Positions 56,011 to 64,000 of a stretch of DNA of 64,000 nucleotides are shown piece by piece. The translations under genes were made by a program, and so were the position numbers. Source of the stretch: Escherichia phage D5505; sequence record MK327929.1. One strand, written 5' to 3'. The stretch's first letter is position 1, and each line of letters starts with the position of its first letter. The notes under the pieces were generated by a model. That model did not search any database, was not told where the DNA came from, and was given only the letters and a program-made list of their open reading frames with translations.

Positions 56011-56229
56011 TTATGTTTTGCGACTAAATTGTTCATAGTGCTGAATTACCTCTCTCAAACATTTGCATGTGAATGAAAACTTTTTAGCTACACCACATTC
56101 AAATATATGTTCTCTTAAATCACGTGTGTCAGTATATCCCATCTCAACAATAAAATGTCGTATTAGATTTTTATCTTTATCATTGAGAGAATTAAAATAA
56201 TCGGATTTTGAATTAATTTCCCTGGCCAA
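56011..56229 (-). CDS. hypothetical protein (arn.1 position)
   Basis: 72-aa ORF. Confidence 0.4.
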   Translation of the reverse strand: MAREINSKSDYFNSLNDKDKNLIRHFIVEMGYTDTRDLREHIFECGVAKKFSFTCKCLREVIQHYEQFSRKT

Positions 56230-56509
56230 ATTGAATCACCTTCAGTTGACGTTTTAGTTCTTTTATCATTTCTTCATTCATCGCAATATAAAGATCGCGT
56301 AAAGCGGGTTTTAACATTCCATTTACTGGAGAACTAAATGGACATACATAATCTTTTCCTACGAGCTTTTTAGTGAATTCCATATTACAGAACTGAAATG
56401 CCGGTTCATTAGCATAAATTCCCCAATTGGTTGACATCATTTTATTGGCATATTCCAATGCTTGGATTTGATTAGTAATTCCATCAATTTGAAACTTTTT
56501 AATATTCAT
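56213..56509 (-). CDS. hypothetical protein
   Basis: 98-aa ORF. Confidence 0.45.
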   Translation of the reverse strand: MNIKKFQIDGITNQIQALEYANKMMSTNWGIYANEPAFQFCNMEFTKKLVGKDYVCPFSSPVNGMLKPALRDLYIAMNEEMIKELKRQLKVIQFGQGN

Positions 56510-56976
56510 TAGTAAAGGTCCTCGGAGTAAAGTTCTTTTTCACTACCACCACGTTCAATACGCACTTGTCCAGCGTAAGTTGCAATAATCATTGCTTCTT
56601 CACGTGTCCAGTAATTGCTATACTGGTCAATAAATCCTTGGTCTTCACCACAAACATGGTCTGATACAAGTTTATCACTTACCTGGTCAAGAACTTCAGC
56701 CATATCTTTAGAATAATGACGAGCACCAGGAATAACCAGAGTCCCACCATCTTTTAACTTAAAGCGGTTGGCTGCACACACAATTCGACGTTGATATTTT
56801 TCATTATTGTTCCAATGTGCTACTTGCCAACAGATTTCAGGAACCTCTTCTAAAACATCCTCTTCCGTATATTCGGTGTAGTCGCCATAGGCCTGTAATT
56901 TAGCTGCTAGACTTTCTGGAGTTTCACGTAATAAAGCCAGGTCTAATAATTCAAGACGCTCTTTGAAGGTTTTCAT
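56509..56976 (-). CDS. hypothetical protein
   Basis: 155-aa ORF. Confidence 0.45.
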   Translation of the reverse strand: MKTFKERLELLDLALLRETPESLAAKLQAYGDYTEYTEEDVLEEVPEICWQVAHWNNNEKYQRRIVCAANRFKLKDGGTLVIPGARHYSKDMAEVLDQVSDKLVSDHVCGEDQGFIDQYSNYWTREEAMIIATYAGQVRIERGGSEKELYSEDLY

Positions 56977-57124
56977 TTGGTTTCCTCAACACTTTTAATT
57001 TTTATAGCTTGTTTAGAACTTTCAAAGCATTGACAATATACTCTTACCGCATCAAACTGGTTGGCCGCTTTAAGATGGACTACACCTTCGTCGTTATAAA
57101 ATTCTACGACAATTTTAAATGTTT

Positions 57125-57454
57125 TCATTTAAACCATCCTTTAATACGTTGCCATAAAGTTTTCTGTTGAGCTTTGTTAACACCAATTGAACGAATAACT
57201 GGTTGAGATTCCTGAAATTCTTTATAATCAGCAAGGTAAATTTCGTAAGCTGCATCCGTAAATGAACTTATCGCTGCCATAAAATTATTGCGAATACCTA
57301 CTGAAGCATCTTTACTTTCACGAATAATCATGTATTTACCAGTCTTAATCTTTACGATAGTTCCAAGATAAGCTCCATGGTACCAGATGTCCCAACCCTC
57401 TTGAGTAGGTTCTACACAACGACGAAGTTCATTGACAATTTCTAACTTGTTCAT
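57125..57454 (-). CDS. hypothetical protein (motA.1 position)
   Basis: 109-aa ORF. Confidence 0.45.
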   Translation of the reverse strand: MNKLEIVNELRRCVEPTQEGWDIWYHGAYLGTIVKIKTGKYMIIRESKDASVGIRNNFMAAISSFTDAAYEIYLADYKEFQESQPVIRSIGVNKAQQKTLWQRIKGWFK

Positions 57455-57464
57455 TATTTATTCC

Positions 57465-58100
57465 TCACAGTTCAGATGCTACAGTGATTACAGCTTCAAT
57501 GTTTTCTGCCGAGCGTTTAATGTCAAGATACACATTACCGTTTTTAGCGATTTTACATGACATTCCGATGTCAGTAAATTTCTGAATATGATGTTCCATC
57601 ATTTTGTATCCAAAAATTCGCATATTTCCATTGTTGTTAATTTCAAAATTACGAATTCCGTGAGTGCGTTTTTCTAAAATAGCGAGATAGTTACTGCGGT
57701 AAGTTTCAACCTTTTTAAGAACAAATCCATTTTCATCTAAAAGTTTTAACATGAAGTCTTTATCTTCTTCCATATCAGAGGTAATTTCGCGAGCTTTACG
57801 AGTTGCTCGTTTTTTCAGTAGTTCCGGAGCGTTTTCCTGCGCGTATAAAGTTGCTGCATTTGAAATAATATCCTGAGCTTCACCAGTAATGATTAATCCA
57901 TCACCAGATTTCTCCACCAGGCCTTTTTTAATCAATACCCCAATATTACTATTAACTACTGCGTTACCTAAATCTGGATGCACCTCACGAACTTCTGCGG
58001 CTGTAATGAAATCTTTCTTAGCAATGGTAATTAAAATCGCAGCAGTTTTTTCATTCAGAACATCGTTAGAAGCTTTGATGATGTAAGTTACTTTAGACAT
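57465..58100 (-). CDS. motA: MotA middle-transcription activator
   Basis: 211 aa, length and position as T4 MotA. Confidence 0.85.
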   Translation of the reverse strand: MSKVTYIIKASNDVLNEKTAAILITIAKKDFITAAEVREVHPDLGNAVVNSNIGVLIKKGLVEKSGDGLIITGEAQDIISNAATLYAQENAPELLKKRATRKAREITSDMEEDKDFMLKLLDENGFVLKKVETYRSNYLAILEKRTHGIRNFEINNNGNMRIFGYKMMEHHIQKFTDIGMSCKIAKNGNVYLDIKRSAENIEAVITVASEL

Positions 58101-58205
58101 TTTAATCTCCGTTTCAGTTCATTTATTTGATAGGTCTATAGTATCATGTTTAAAGCAGAAGTAAACACTTTTTTGCACTCTTTTTCAAGAGCTCTAATAA
58201 AGTAC

Positions 58206-58433
58206 TTACTTAATGTTCAGATTACGAACTTCGATTTCGTCTTCATGGGCAAAATCAAACTGTTTGAATTCTGTGTCACCTTTAAATTTAAAAATCATTG
58301 TGAAGAAAGTCAGAACACCAGGTTTTTCTTCACGAACTCCACAGATATCATATTCAATACCATCTACAACCAGTTTGTTAGCAGTCAGAGCATTTTTAGC
58401 TTTAACGATTTCGTTTTCGATTTTAAATTTCAT
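58206..58433 (-). CDS. hypothetical protein
   Basis: 75-aa ORF downstream of early promoter 58483-58512. Confidence 0.45.
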   Translation of the reverse strand: MKFKIENEIVKAKNALTANKLVVDGIEYDICGVREEKPGVLTFFTMIFKFKGDTEFKQFDFAHEDEIEVRNLNIK

Positions 58434-58482
58434 TTTTTGTATCTCCGGGTTGTTTGTTTCAGTTCATTTATTTGATAGTTGT

Positions 58483-58512
58483 ATAGTACCACAGTATGCT
58501 TTGGTTGTAAAC
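58483..58512 (-). promoter_or_regulatory. early promoter GTTTACA - 17 nt - TACTAT
   Basis: consensus cassette preceded by terminator hairpin 58544-58563. Confidence 0.5.
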
Positions 58513-58543
58513 CGTTTTGTGAAAAAATTTTTGAAATAAAAAA

Positions 58544-58563
58544 GGGAGAGCCTCGGCTCTCCC
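58544..58563 (-). terminator. hairpin GGGAGAGC-CTCG-GCTCTCCC
   Basis: 8-bp GC stem. Confidence 0.5.
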
Positions 58564-58568
58564 TAAAA

Positions 58569-58718
58569 TTACTGCATGACTGTGATAACTGTCATGATAA
58601 CACGTTGAATTCCGAACGCAAGAAGACCTCCTGTTACGGCAGGAACAACACCTAAACCCGCCAGTAAAATGCCACCAGATACTAATGCAGCGCTTGTGAT
58701 ACCAATGAATGGACTCAT
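58569..58718 (-). CDS. 49-aa hydrophobic membrane peptide, translationally coupled to gene 52
   Basis: ATGA overlap with gene 52 stop; SD AGAGGAAA; MSPFIGITSAALVSGGILLAGLGVVPAVTGGLLAFGIQRVIMTVITVMQ. Confidence 0.45.
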   Translation of the reverse strand: MSPFIGITSAALVSGGILLAGLGVVPAVTGGLLAFGIQRVIMTVITVMQ

Positions 58719-60043
58719 TTGATTTCCTCTAAATCTTTGGTGTATTCTGTAACTACATCAGTAGTTTTCCAATATTCGTTTTCTTCTTTTTTGGCTTTAG
58801 CTTCTTCAGCAAGTTTCTTTGCTTCGTCGGAAGTCATATGAAAAATGTTCATTCCAACTAGTTTATCAACATAAGAAGAATACATATCAATTTTAGAAAG
58901 TTCTTCGGTCAGTTCTTTGCGAGTTTTACCTTGTACAACAATTTCACCTGAAATTACTTTCTTAATGAAATGTGCCTTGGCAAAAGCTAAACGAAATGCT
59001 GATTCAGTTTCTTTGATTTTGTTATCAATTCGTTTTTGGACATAAGTTTTACGAACTTCAACGAAGTCTTTGATTAAATCAACTACATTATCGTAAACTT
59101 GCAGCTTTCCTTTCTCATTAATGACGGTAATATTCTGGGAACGACGCTCAATCAACCCGAAGTCTTTCATAATTTTTGCATGGCGTTCTTCTTCATTATC
59201 GCTCAAAGAGTATTCTTTTCGGAATTTAACTTTGAATCCAAAACCATGCTCACCACAAGCATCATCCCATGTAATGAAGCCTTTATCTTCAAGCGGGTCT
59301 AAGATTTTACTCACATAAGTTTCACGATCATACTTATATGGAATCTCAGTGATATGCATTTGAGTTCGTGAAGTAAACTTATATGTTCCACGAATTTCAT
59401 ATTGCCCATCAATTTCAACGACTTCACCACGAAATTCTGGGAATTCTACCTTCGGTTTAGTTACTTTCTTTCCTTGAAGAGCTTGCAGTACAGCTTTCTT
59501 GACAGAAGAAACACTATGAGGAAGAATGTAAGTTGCATAACCAGTTGCAATACCGGAAACGCCATTAAGAAGAACAGTAGGAATAATAGGCAAATAGAAA
59601 GCAGGCGGAATGTGTTCTTTATCTTGATGTACTGGAGCATATTCAGTATCTTTATATACGTTATAGAAATTTTTACTTACACGAGCAAAAATATAACGAC
59701 TTGCTGCTGCCTTTTGGACAGTACGAGAACCAAAGTTTCCTTGACCGTCTAACAGAGGAAAGTTATTATTCCAAGTGTTAGCCATCAAAGCACCTGCGTC
59801 TTGCGCAGAGTTTTCACCATGATGATATCCAAGGTCCGCTACACCGCCTGCGATAGAAGCGAGTTTGTGAAACTTATCTTTATTTCCTCGTGCCAAATCA
59901 AGAGCTCGAGCAATAACAAATCGTTGAACTGGCTTAAATCCGTCAATCATATTTGGAATGGCACGATTTTCAACCGTGTACATAGCATAAGCCAATGCTT
60001 CATTATCAATGATACTTTTTAAATCACGATTATTCAGTTGCAT
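58715..60043 (-). CDS. 52: gp52 DNA topoisomerase II medium subunit
   Basis: 442 aa; GyrA-like N-terminal region. Confidence 0.9.
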   Translation of the reverse strand: MQLNNRDLKSIIDNEALAYAMYTVENRAIPNMIDGFKPVQRFVIARALDLARGNKDKFHKLASIAGGVADLGYHHGENSAQDAGALMANTWNNNFPLLDGQGNFGSRTVQKAAASRYIFARVSKNFYNVYKDTEYAPVHQDKEHIPPAFYLPIIPTVLLNGVSGIATGYATYILPHSVSSVKKAVLQALQGKKVTKPKVEFPEFRGEVVEIDGQYEIRGTYKFTSRTQMHITEIPYKYDRETYVSKILDPLEDKGFITWDDACGEHGFGFKVKFRKEYSLSDNEEERHAKIMKDFGLIERRSQNITVINEKGKLQVYDNVVDLIKDFVEVRKTYVQKRIDNKIKETESAFRLAFAKAHFIKKVISGEIVVQGKTRKELTEELSKIDMYSSYVDKLVGMNIFHMTSDEAKKLAEEAKAKKEENEYWKTTDVVTEYTKDLEEIK

Positions 60044-60047
60044 AAAT

Positions 60048-60188
60048 TTACCATACTAGTGAATGTAGTGCCATAATAACATCAGAAATGAAAAGCACGA
60101 CTTGAATTAATCCGAACATTATTCCGTAATATAATGCTATCAATAAAATAGCAAGGGCTAATGAATAGCCCAAGATTTTCTTAATCAT
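60048..60188 (-). CDS. 46-aa hydrophobic peptide (52.1 position)
   Basis: ATG immediately after gene 52 region; MIKKILGYSLALAILLIALYYGIMFGLIQVVLFISDVIMALHSLVW. Confidence 0.35.
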   Translation of the reverse strand: MIKKILGYSLALAILLIALYYGIMFGLIQVVLFISDVIMALHSLVW

Positions 60189-60339
60189 TAGTAGATAACA
60201 ACACAAATGTTAAATATGCACACATACCCTGAGCTAAAGCTTGCGAAAACACACTGCTGGCATCAATACAGATAGTTAAAACACATGCTACTATCCAACA
60301 AATAAATGAAATAACTCCTAATAATTTTGCGATATTCAT
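60181..60339 (-). CDS. ac: Ac (acridine sensitivity) membrane peptide
   Basis: 52-aa hydrophobic ORF between 52 and stp as in T4. Confidence 0.45.
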   Translation of the reverse strand: MNIAKLLGVISFICWIVACVLTICIDASSVFSQALAQGMCAYLTFVLLSTND

Positions 60340-60346
60340 ATTTTCC

Positions 60347-60427
60347 TCACTGGCGTCCGAAGACGCCTTTAGTTTTAAGATTATTACGATAGAACTGCAT
60401 CACGTGTTCGTTGTGGAAATTACTCAT
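60347..60427 (-). CDS. stp: Stp peptide (suppressor of three-prime phosphatase; 26 aa)
   Basis: [26 protein letters not shown] matches remembered T4 Stp; TAATG overlap with ndd stop. Confidence 0.75.
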
Positions 60428-60885
60428 TAATATGCCTGCAAAACGAATTTAAAATTATCAGCCAACATACGGTTCATTTCTTCAAGTGTTTGATACTCAG
60501 AATGATGATTACGAGTAAACGCTAAAGCTAACTGTCCTTTTCCAAATCCCGTCGTCAGAGGTTTCATCTTAGAAGCAGGCAGATAAAATACTGCGTATGG
60601 AACATTGTTATTTGCAATAGTACGTGCAAGCTGAGACCGACGTTGACGAATATGACTTAGAACTGCACTGAATCCTTGCTTAGAACGCTGATTACCTACA
60701 TAAAATCGTGCAGACACGCATGGATTACTAAATGGACGACCATCTAATTTACTCACTAAAAAGTAAAATCCAGGTTTAGATAAAAAGTCTTTATGCGGAG
60801 TTCCCAAAAACCATTCACCGTTCTTGATTGTACCAATAACGGTAGCGCCCGCATTATTCAGATCAGTAGCAGTCATGTATTTCAT
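60427..60885 (-). CDS. ndd: Ndd nucleoid disruption protein
   Basis: 152 aa from MKYMTATDL; position beside stp. Confidence 0.75.
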
Positions 60886-60945
60886 ATTAATTTCCTCTAA
60901 ATTATTTTCTACTCCAAGGCCGCATGAATACACGCGGCCATTAAA

Positions 60946-61161
60946 TTAATCGTCGCAGTCGACGCTCAATTCCCAAAACTCTTCTACGGTATAAGTTTCA
61001 GTATCATTTTCAATACAGAAACGTTCATTACTGTTATTTGCTAAAGTAGCATTAACTGTCGGTTTCTCGCTAGTGCTCTTAAGAGGTGAAATACGAATTA
61101 ACTGATCACCATTATCTAAACAAAAAATTTCACCAACTTTTACATCTTTAAAACTTTTCAT
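60946..61161 (-). CDS. hypothetical protein (ndd.1 region)
   Basis: 71-aa ORF. Confidence 0.4.
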   Translation of the reverse strand: MKSFKDVKVGEIFCLDNGDQLIRISPLKSTSEKPTVNATLANNSNERFCIENDTETYTVEEFWELSVDCDD

Positions 61162-61276
61162 AATTCACCTCAAGGAGTATAAAATCCAAACGCAGTTGTT
61201 GACCATCCCATCCAATATGGAAAATTTGCACCAATGTAAAACATAAGAATATAAAACCAACCGCTCAGCAAATTCA

Positions 61277-61474
61277 TCATTTTACACCATTCCAAATTGT
61301 TTCAACCACGGATTTTAAACCATTTTGATGAATATCAATTCCGACTACTGTCATCAAATAGATTCCAACTACAACTGAACCTAAGGCAAAAATCAGCATG
61401 AAAATGAATAAAGCCGGAAAAATATTATCGAAAAACCATTCAATAAATGTAAAAGCACTGCGTTTACGCTTCAT
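61277..61474 (-). CDS. small membrane protein
   Basis: 65 aa from ATG with GAGGAAA SD; hydrophobic. Confidence 0.4.
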   Translation of the reverse strand: MKRKRSAFTFIEWFFDNIFPALFIFMLIFALGSVVVGIYLMTVVGIDIHQNGLKSVVETIWNGVK

Positions 61475-61481
61475 ATTTTCC

Positions 61482-61595
61482 TCACATAAATCCAAAGTAA
61501 GCGTTTAATACATCAATCATTAAAACGATTGGGAATATACTCAAAACTACTAGTATTATAACTACATTCCATATAGCTTTAACAATCTTTTTCAT
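61482..61595 (-). CDS. 37-aa membrane peptide
   Basis: ATG downstream of early promoter 61624-61653; hydrophobic. Confidence 0.3.
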   Translation of the reverse strand: MKKIVKAIWNVVIILVVLSIFPIVLMIDVLNAYFGFM

Positions 61596-61839
61596 TTTCT
61601 GTTCCTCCGTAGTTGATAGGGTAATAGTACCACGGAAGAACAGTCTTGTAAACAACTTTTTTTAAAAATATTCGTAATAAATGTGAATACCAACTACTAC
61701 CGCTGAAACCTGTGCAACCCACCACGCACAAGCAATAAGTACAGAATTCAAAATTTTCATAATAACCTCATTACAAAAGTAAATGTTAAACAAATTAATG
61801 GAATACTAATTAACCAAACAAAACACCACCATAATGAAC

Positions 61840-62103
61840 TCATAGTTCAATCTCAGCGATTTTCATTTCATTATTGTTAATAGCATTTTTAAGACTATCC
61901 GAAAGAATTACATTCCAGTGGTCATTCATATGACCATTAACTAAGCGTGTAATTTCTTCGGGAGTTGAAAAATAAGGCGTATCAGACTCCCAATGCGATA
62001 ATCCTAAGCGAGTATAAATCATGCCTTCATCATCGCTAGAATATTCAACTGACACAAACTCATCAGTTATTTTATGTTTAGCGTAATAAAATTTAAATTT
62101 CAT
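61840..62103 (-). CDS. hypothetical protein
   Basis: 87 aa from ATG downstream of early promoter 62138-62167 (track ORF extends upstream through promoter). Confidence 0.45.
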   Translation of the reverse strand: MKFKFYYAKHKITDEFVSVEYSSDDEGMIYTRLGLSHWESDTPYFSTPEEITRLVNGHMNDHWNVILSDSLKNAINNNEMKIAEIEL

Positions 62104-62183
62104 TTTACTCTCCAAATCCGTATCAGTTGATAGTTGTATAGTACCACGGTCCTTGTGGTATGTAAACCATTTTGTGAAATTTT

Positions 62184-62741
62184 TTAAATGGAAAGATACC
62201 ATCCGCTGTAGTTGCTTTTTCTTACAACCTTACGAAGGTCTTCTCTATCACCGATGAACTTCGGAGTGTATTGGATGACACCTGGATGAATTTCTTTAGT
62301 GTTGAATATAATTATACAGTCAGCGACTTGATGATTTAGAATGGGCCCTAGATTTATTCCAGAACCATATGGATACTCTCCGCTGCATCCTGTTGTCACC
62401 GAAATCCAACGTGAGTCAGTTTGATGTGTCTTAACTTCTACACGAAGCCCGCAGTATCTTGGATGCGCCAATACATCCCATGCATATGTGTACGGATCAT
62501 CGACATCTTCTTGACCTTTGTTAACATACCCGCTCAGCCAATCTGCTACAAAAAACTCTGCGTACACAGCGATACGGCATCTTTCGATAACTTCTGCCTT
62601 ATCCTGATTTGGGTTTTGTTTTAAAGAGTATCTTGCAGTATCAACAATTTTGACCTTCATTTCACTAGTCAAGTCACTGTTCGATAGGGTAAATGTCGGA
62701 ATCTGAAATAGTCTCTGTAACCCCGGATTCGTTTTCTGCAT
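62184..62741 (-). CDS. denB: endonuclease IV (DenB)
   Basis: 185 aa, adjacent to rIIB, length as T4 denB. Confidence 0.65.
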   Translation of the reverse strand: MQKTNPGLQRLFQIPTFTLSNSDLTSEMKVKIVDTARYSLKQNPNQDKAEVIERCRIAVYAEFFVADWLSGYVNKGQEDVDDPYTYAWDVLAHPRYCGLRVEVKTHQTDSRWISVTTGCSGEYPYGSGINLGPILNHQVADCIIIFNTKEIHPGVIQYTPKFIGDREDLRKVVRKSNYSGWYLSI

Positions 62742-62827
62742 TTAAACTTTCCTTTTATGTCTGAATCACTGGTATTCATATAATAAATCATAATTTCTCT
62801 TAAAACAAAAGGGCCGAAGCCCTTATT

Positions 62828-63022
62828 TTATTTGAATTGTGCAATTCTTTTCTCTAGACATTCAGCATAAGATTTCATTGAGATAAACTGCGAAAGTAAC
62901 AGTTCTTGCTCAACTGCATTAACTGTTAGAAACTTTGCGCTTTCTAAAAATTTGCTCAGTGCATTAATTTTGAGCATTAATTGATCGTATTCTTCTTTTA
63001 CTCGTGCTTGATAACCTAACAT
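62828..63022 (-). CDS. hypothetical protein flanked by identical hairpins
   Basis: 64-aa ORF between two copies of AAGGGCCGAAGCCCTTATTT. Confidence 0.4.
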   Translation of the reverse strand: MLGYQARVKEEYDQLMLKINALSKFLESAKFLTVNAVEQELLLSQFISMKSYAECLEKRIAQFK

Positions 63023-63050
63023 AATTTTCCTCAGTTAAGGGCCGAAGCCC

Positions 63051-63989
63051 TTATTTAAATTGTTCAGTAACGTCTTCAACTACTTCGTATTGGCAGGTAC
63101 GCATTTTAGCATCGTTGTAATCAATCGGAATTGATACTACATCACGCGGATGTACTTTAACTTTTACAACTCGGCTAGTTGAACTGCCAAAGTGACGAAT
63201 ATAAGATTTAGAACACACATGCAGACCGCGAGAACAAGTTTGTGTATCATCGTCATTCACACGAGTACGCGGCATTTTAACTACTTTACCAGGACTGTTA
63301 TCAAAAGTGTTTGAGTGACAATCAAAGTAATTGCTACGAACTACTTTCCAAGCATAGAAGTAACCATCTTCTGTAATTTCAATATCGTTTGCTACTAAGA
63401 AATCAAAGAGTCGAGATACCGCTTTCTGGCTTGGGTTTTCCAGCAGATTTTCCAAGAACGGAAAATAAAATTCAAAGTTTTCGCCTTTTTCCATCGAATC
63501 AAGAATACGATCAACCAAACCAGACCGCAATTCAATATTTTGATAGAATAAGCTTCCACCTTCAATTCGAACATCGCCGGAAATATATTTTTCAACAGCG
63601 CGACGAACATTAATTTTTTGTGCTGCTTCTTCTAACTTATCTGCTACGAGCAGATTAAGAATTTCCTGGAAGTTTGAATGAGTATTAGGTGTTGCATTAT
63701 AAGTTACACCATCAACAGTAATCGAAATGAATTTTTTAGATGCATTCCAAATAATGTCAGATTTAGCAACTGGAGCAATAACTGCATCGCTATTAACTTT
63801 AACTGTAATATCACCGCTAATAGTAACTTTAGGGCGTTTAGCTTCTTCAGCATTTTTCAAAACACGACGGATTGTGTCAACCGATACACCTTGCCAATCA
63901 GCCAATTCCTGCTGAGTGTAATTACCACTTGAATACAGTTTAACAATTTCAGCTTGTTCGTTTTTGGTCAGGCATTTAATATTGTACAT
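63051..63989 (-). CDS. rIIB: RIIB membrane-associated protein
   Basis: 312 aa; start codon near window end; length as T4 rIIB. Confidence 0.85.
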   Translation of the reverse strand: MYNIKCLTKNEQAEIVKLYSSGNYTQQELADWQGVSVDTIRRVLKNAEEAKRPKVTISGDITVKVNSDAVIAPVAKSDIIWNASKKFISITVDGVTYNATPNTHSNFQEILNLLVADKLEEAAQKINVRRAVEKYISGDVRIEGGSLFYQNIELRSGLVDRILDSMEKGENFEFYFPFLENLLENPSQKAVSRLFDFLVANDIEITEDGYFYAWKVVRSNYFDCHSNTFDNSPGKVVKMPRTRVNDDDTQTCSRGLHVCSKSYIRHFGSSTSRVVKVKVHPRDVVSIPIDYNDAKMRTCQYEVVEDVTEQFK

Positions 63990-64000
63990 AATTTTCCTTA

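Overview
The window is a T4-like (Tevenvirinae) myovirus genome segment, co-linear with phage T4 from the 3' end of the major capsid gene 23 to the start of rIIB. All identifications come from reading the ORF translations against remembered T4 proteins; no database search was run. Plus-strand late blocks: 24, uvsW, baseplate genes 51-27-28-29-48-54, tail-fibre genes 34-35-36-37-38 and holin t. Minus-strand early/middle blocks: rnlB, hoc, inh, uvsY, 25, 26, two tandem Alt ADP-ribosyltransferase paralogs, ligase 30, rIII, 31, cd, pseT, spanins, alc, rnlA, denA, nrdB, nrdA, td with its group I intron and I-TevI, frd, 32, 59, 33, dsbA, rnh, asiA, arn, motA, 52, ac, stp, ndd, denB, rIIB. Most striking: gene 34 (proximal long tail fibre) is broken by a perfect 55-bp tandem duplication that shifts the frame. 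Other notable points: a 355-bp GC-enriched ORF-free segment between 30.9 and rIII; a 68-codon ORF between frd and td; a T2-type gp37/gp38 adhesin module; a HAD-like/NADAR-like gene pair; and repeated early-promoter and hairpin cassettes. No rRNA, CRISPR array or convincing tRNA was found. I could not identify a clearly novel multi-gene system; the candidates are listed as findings.
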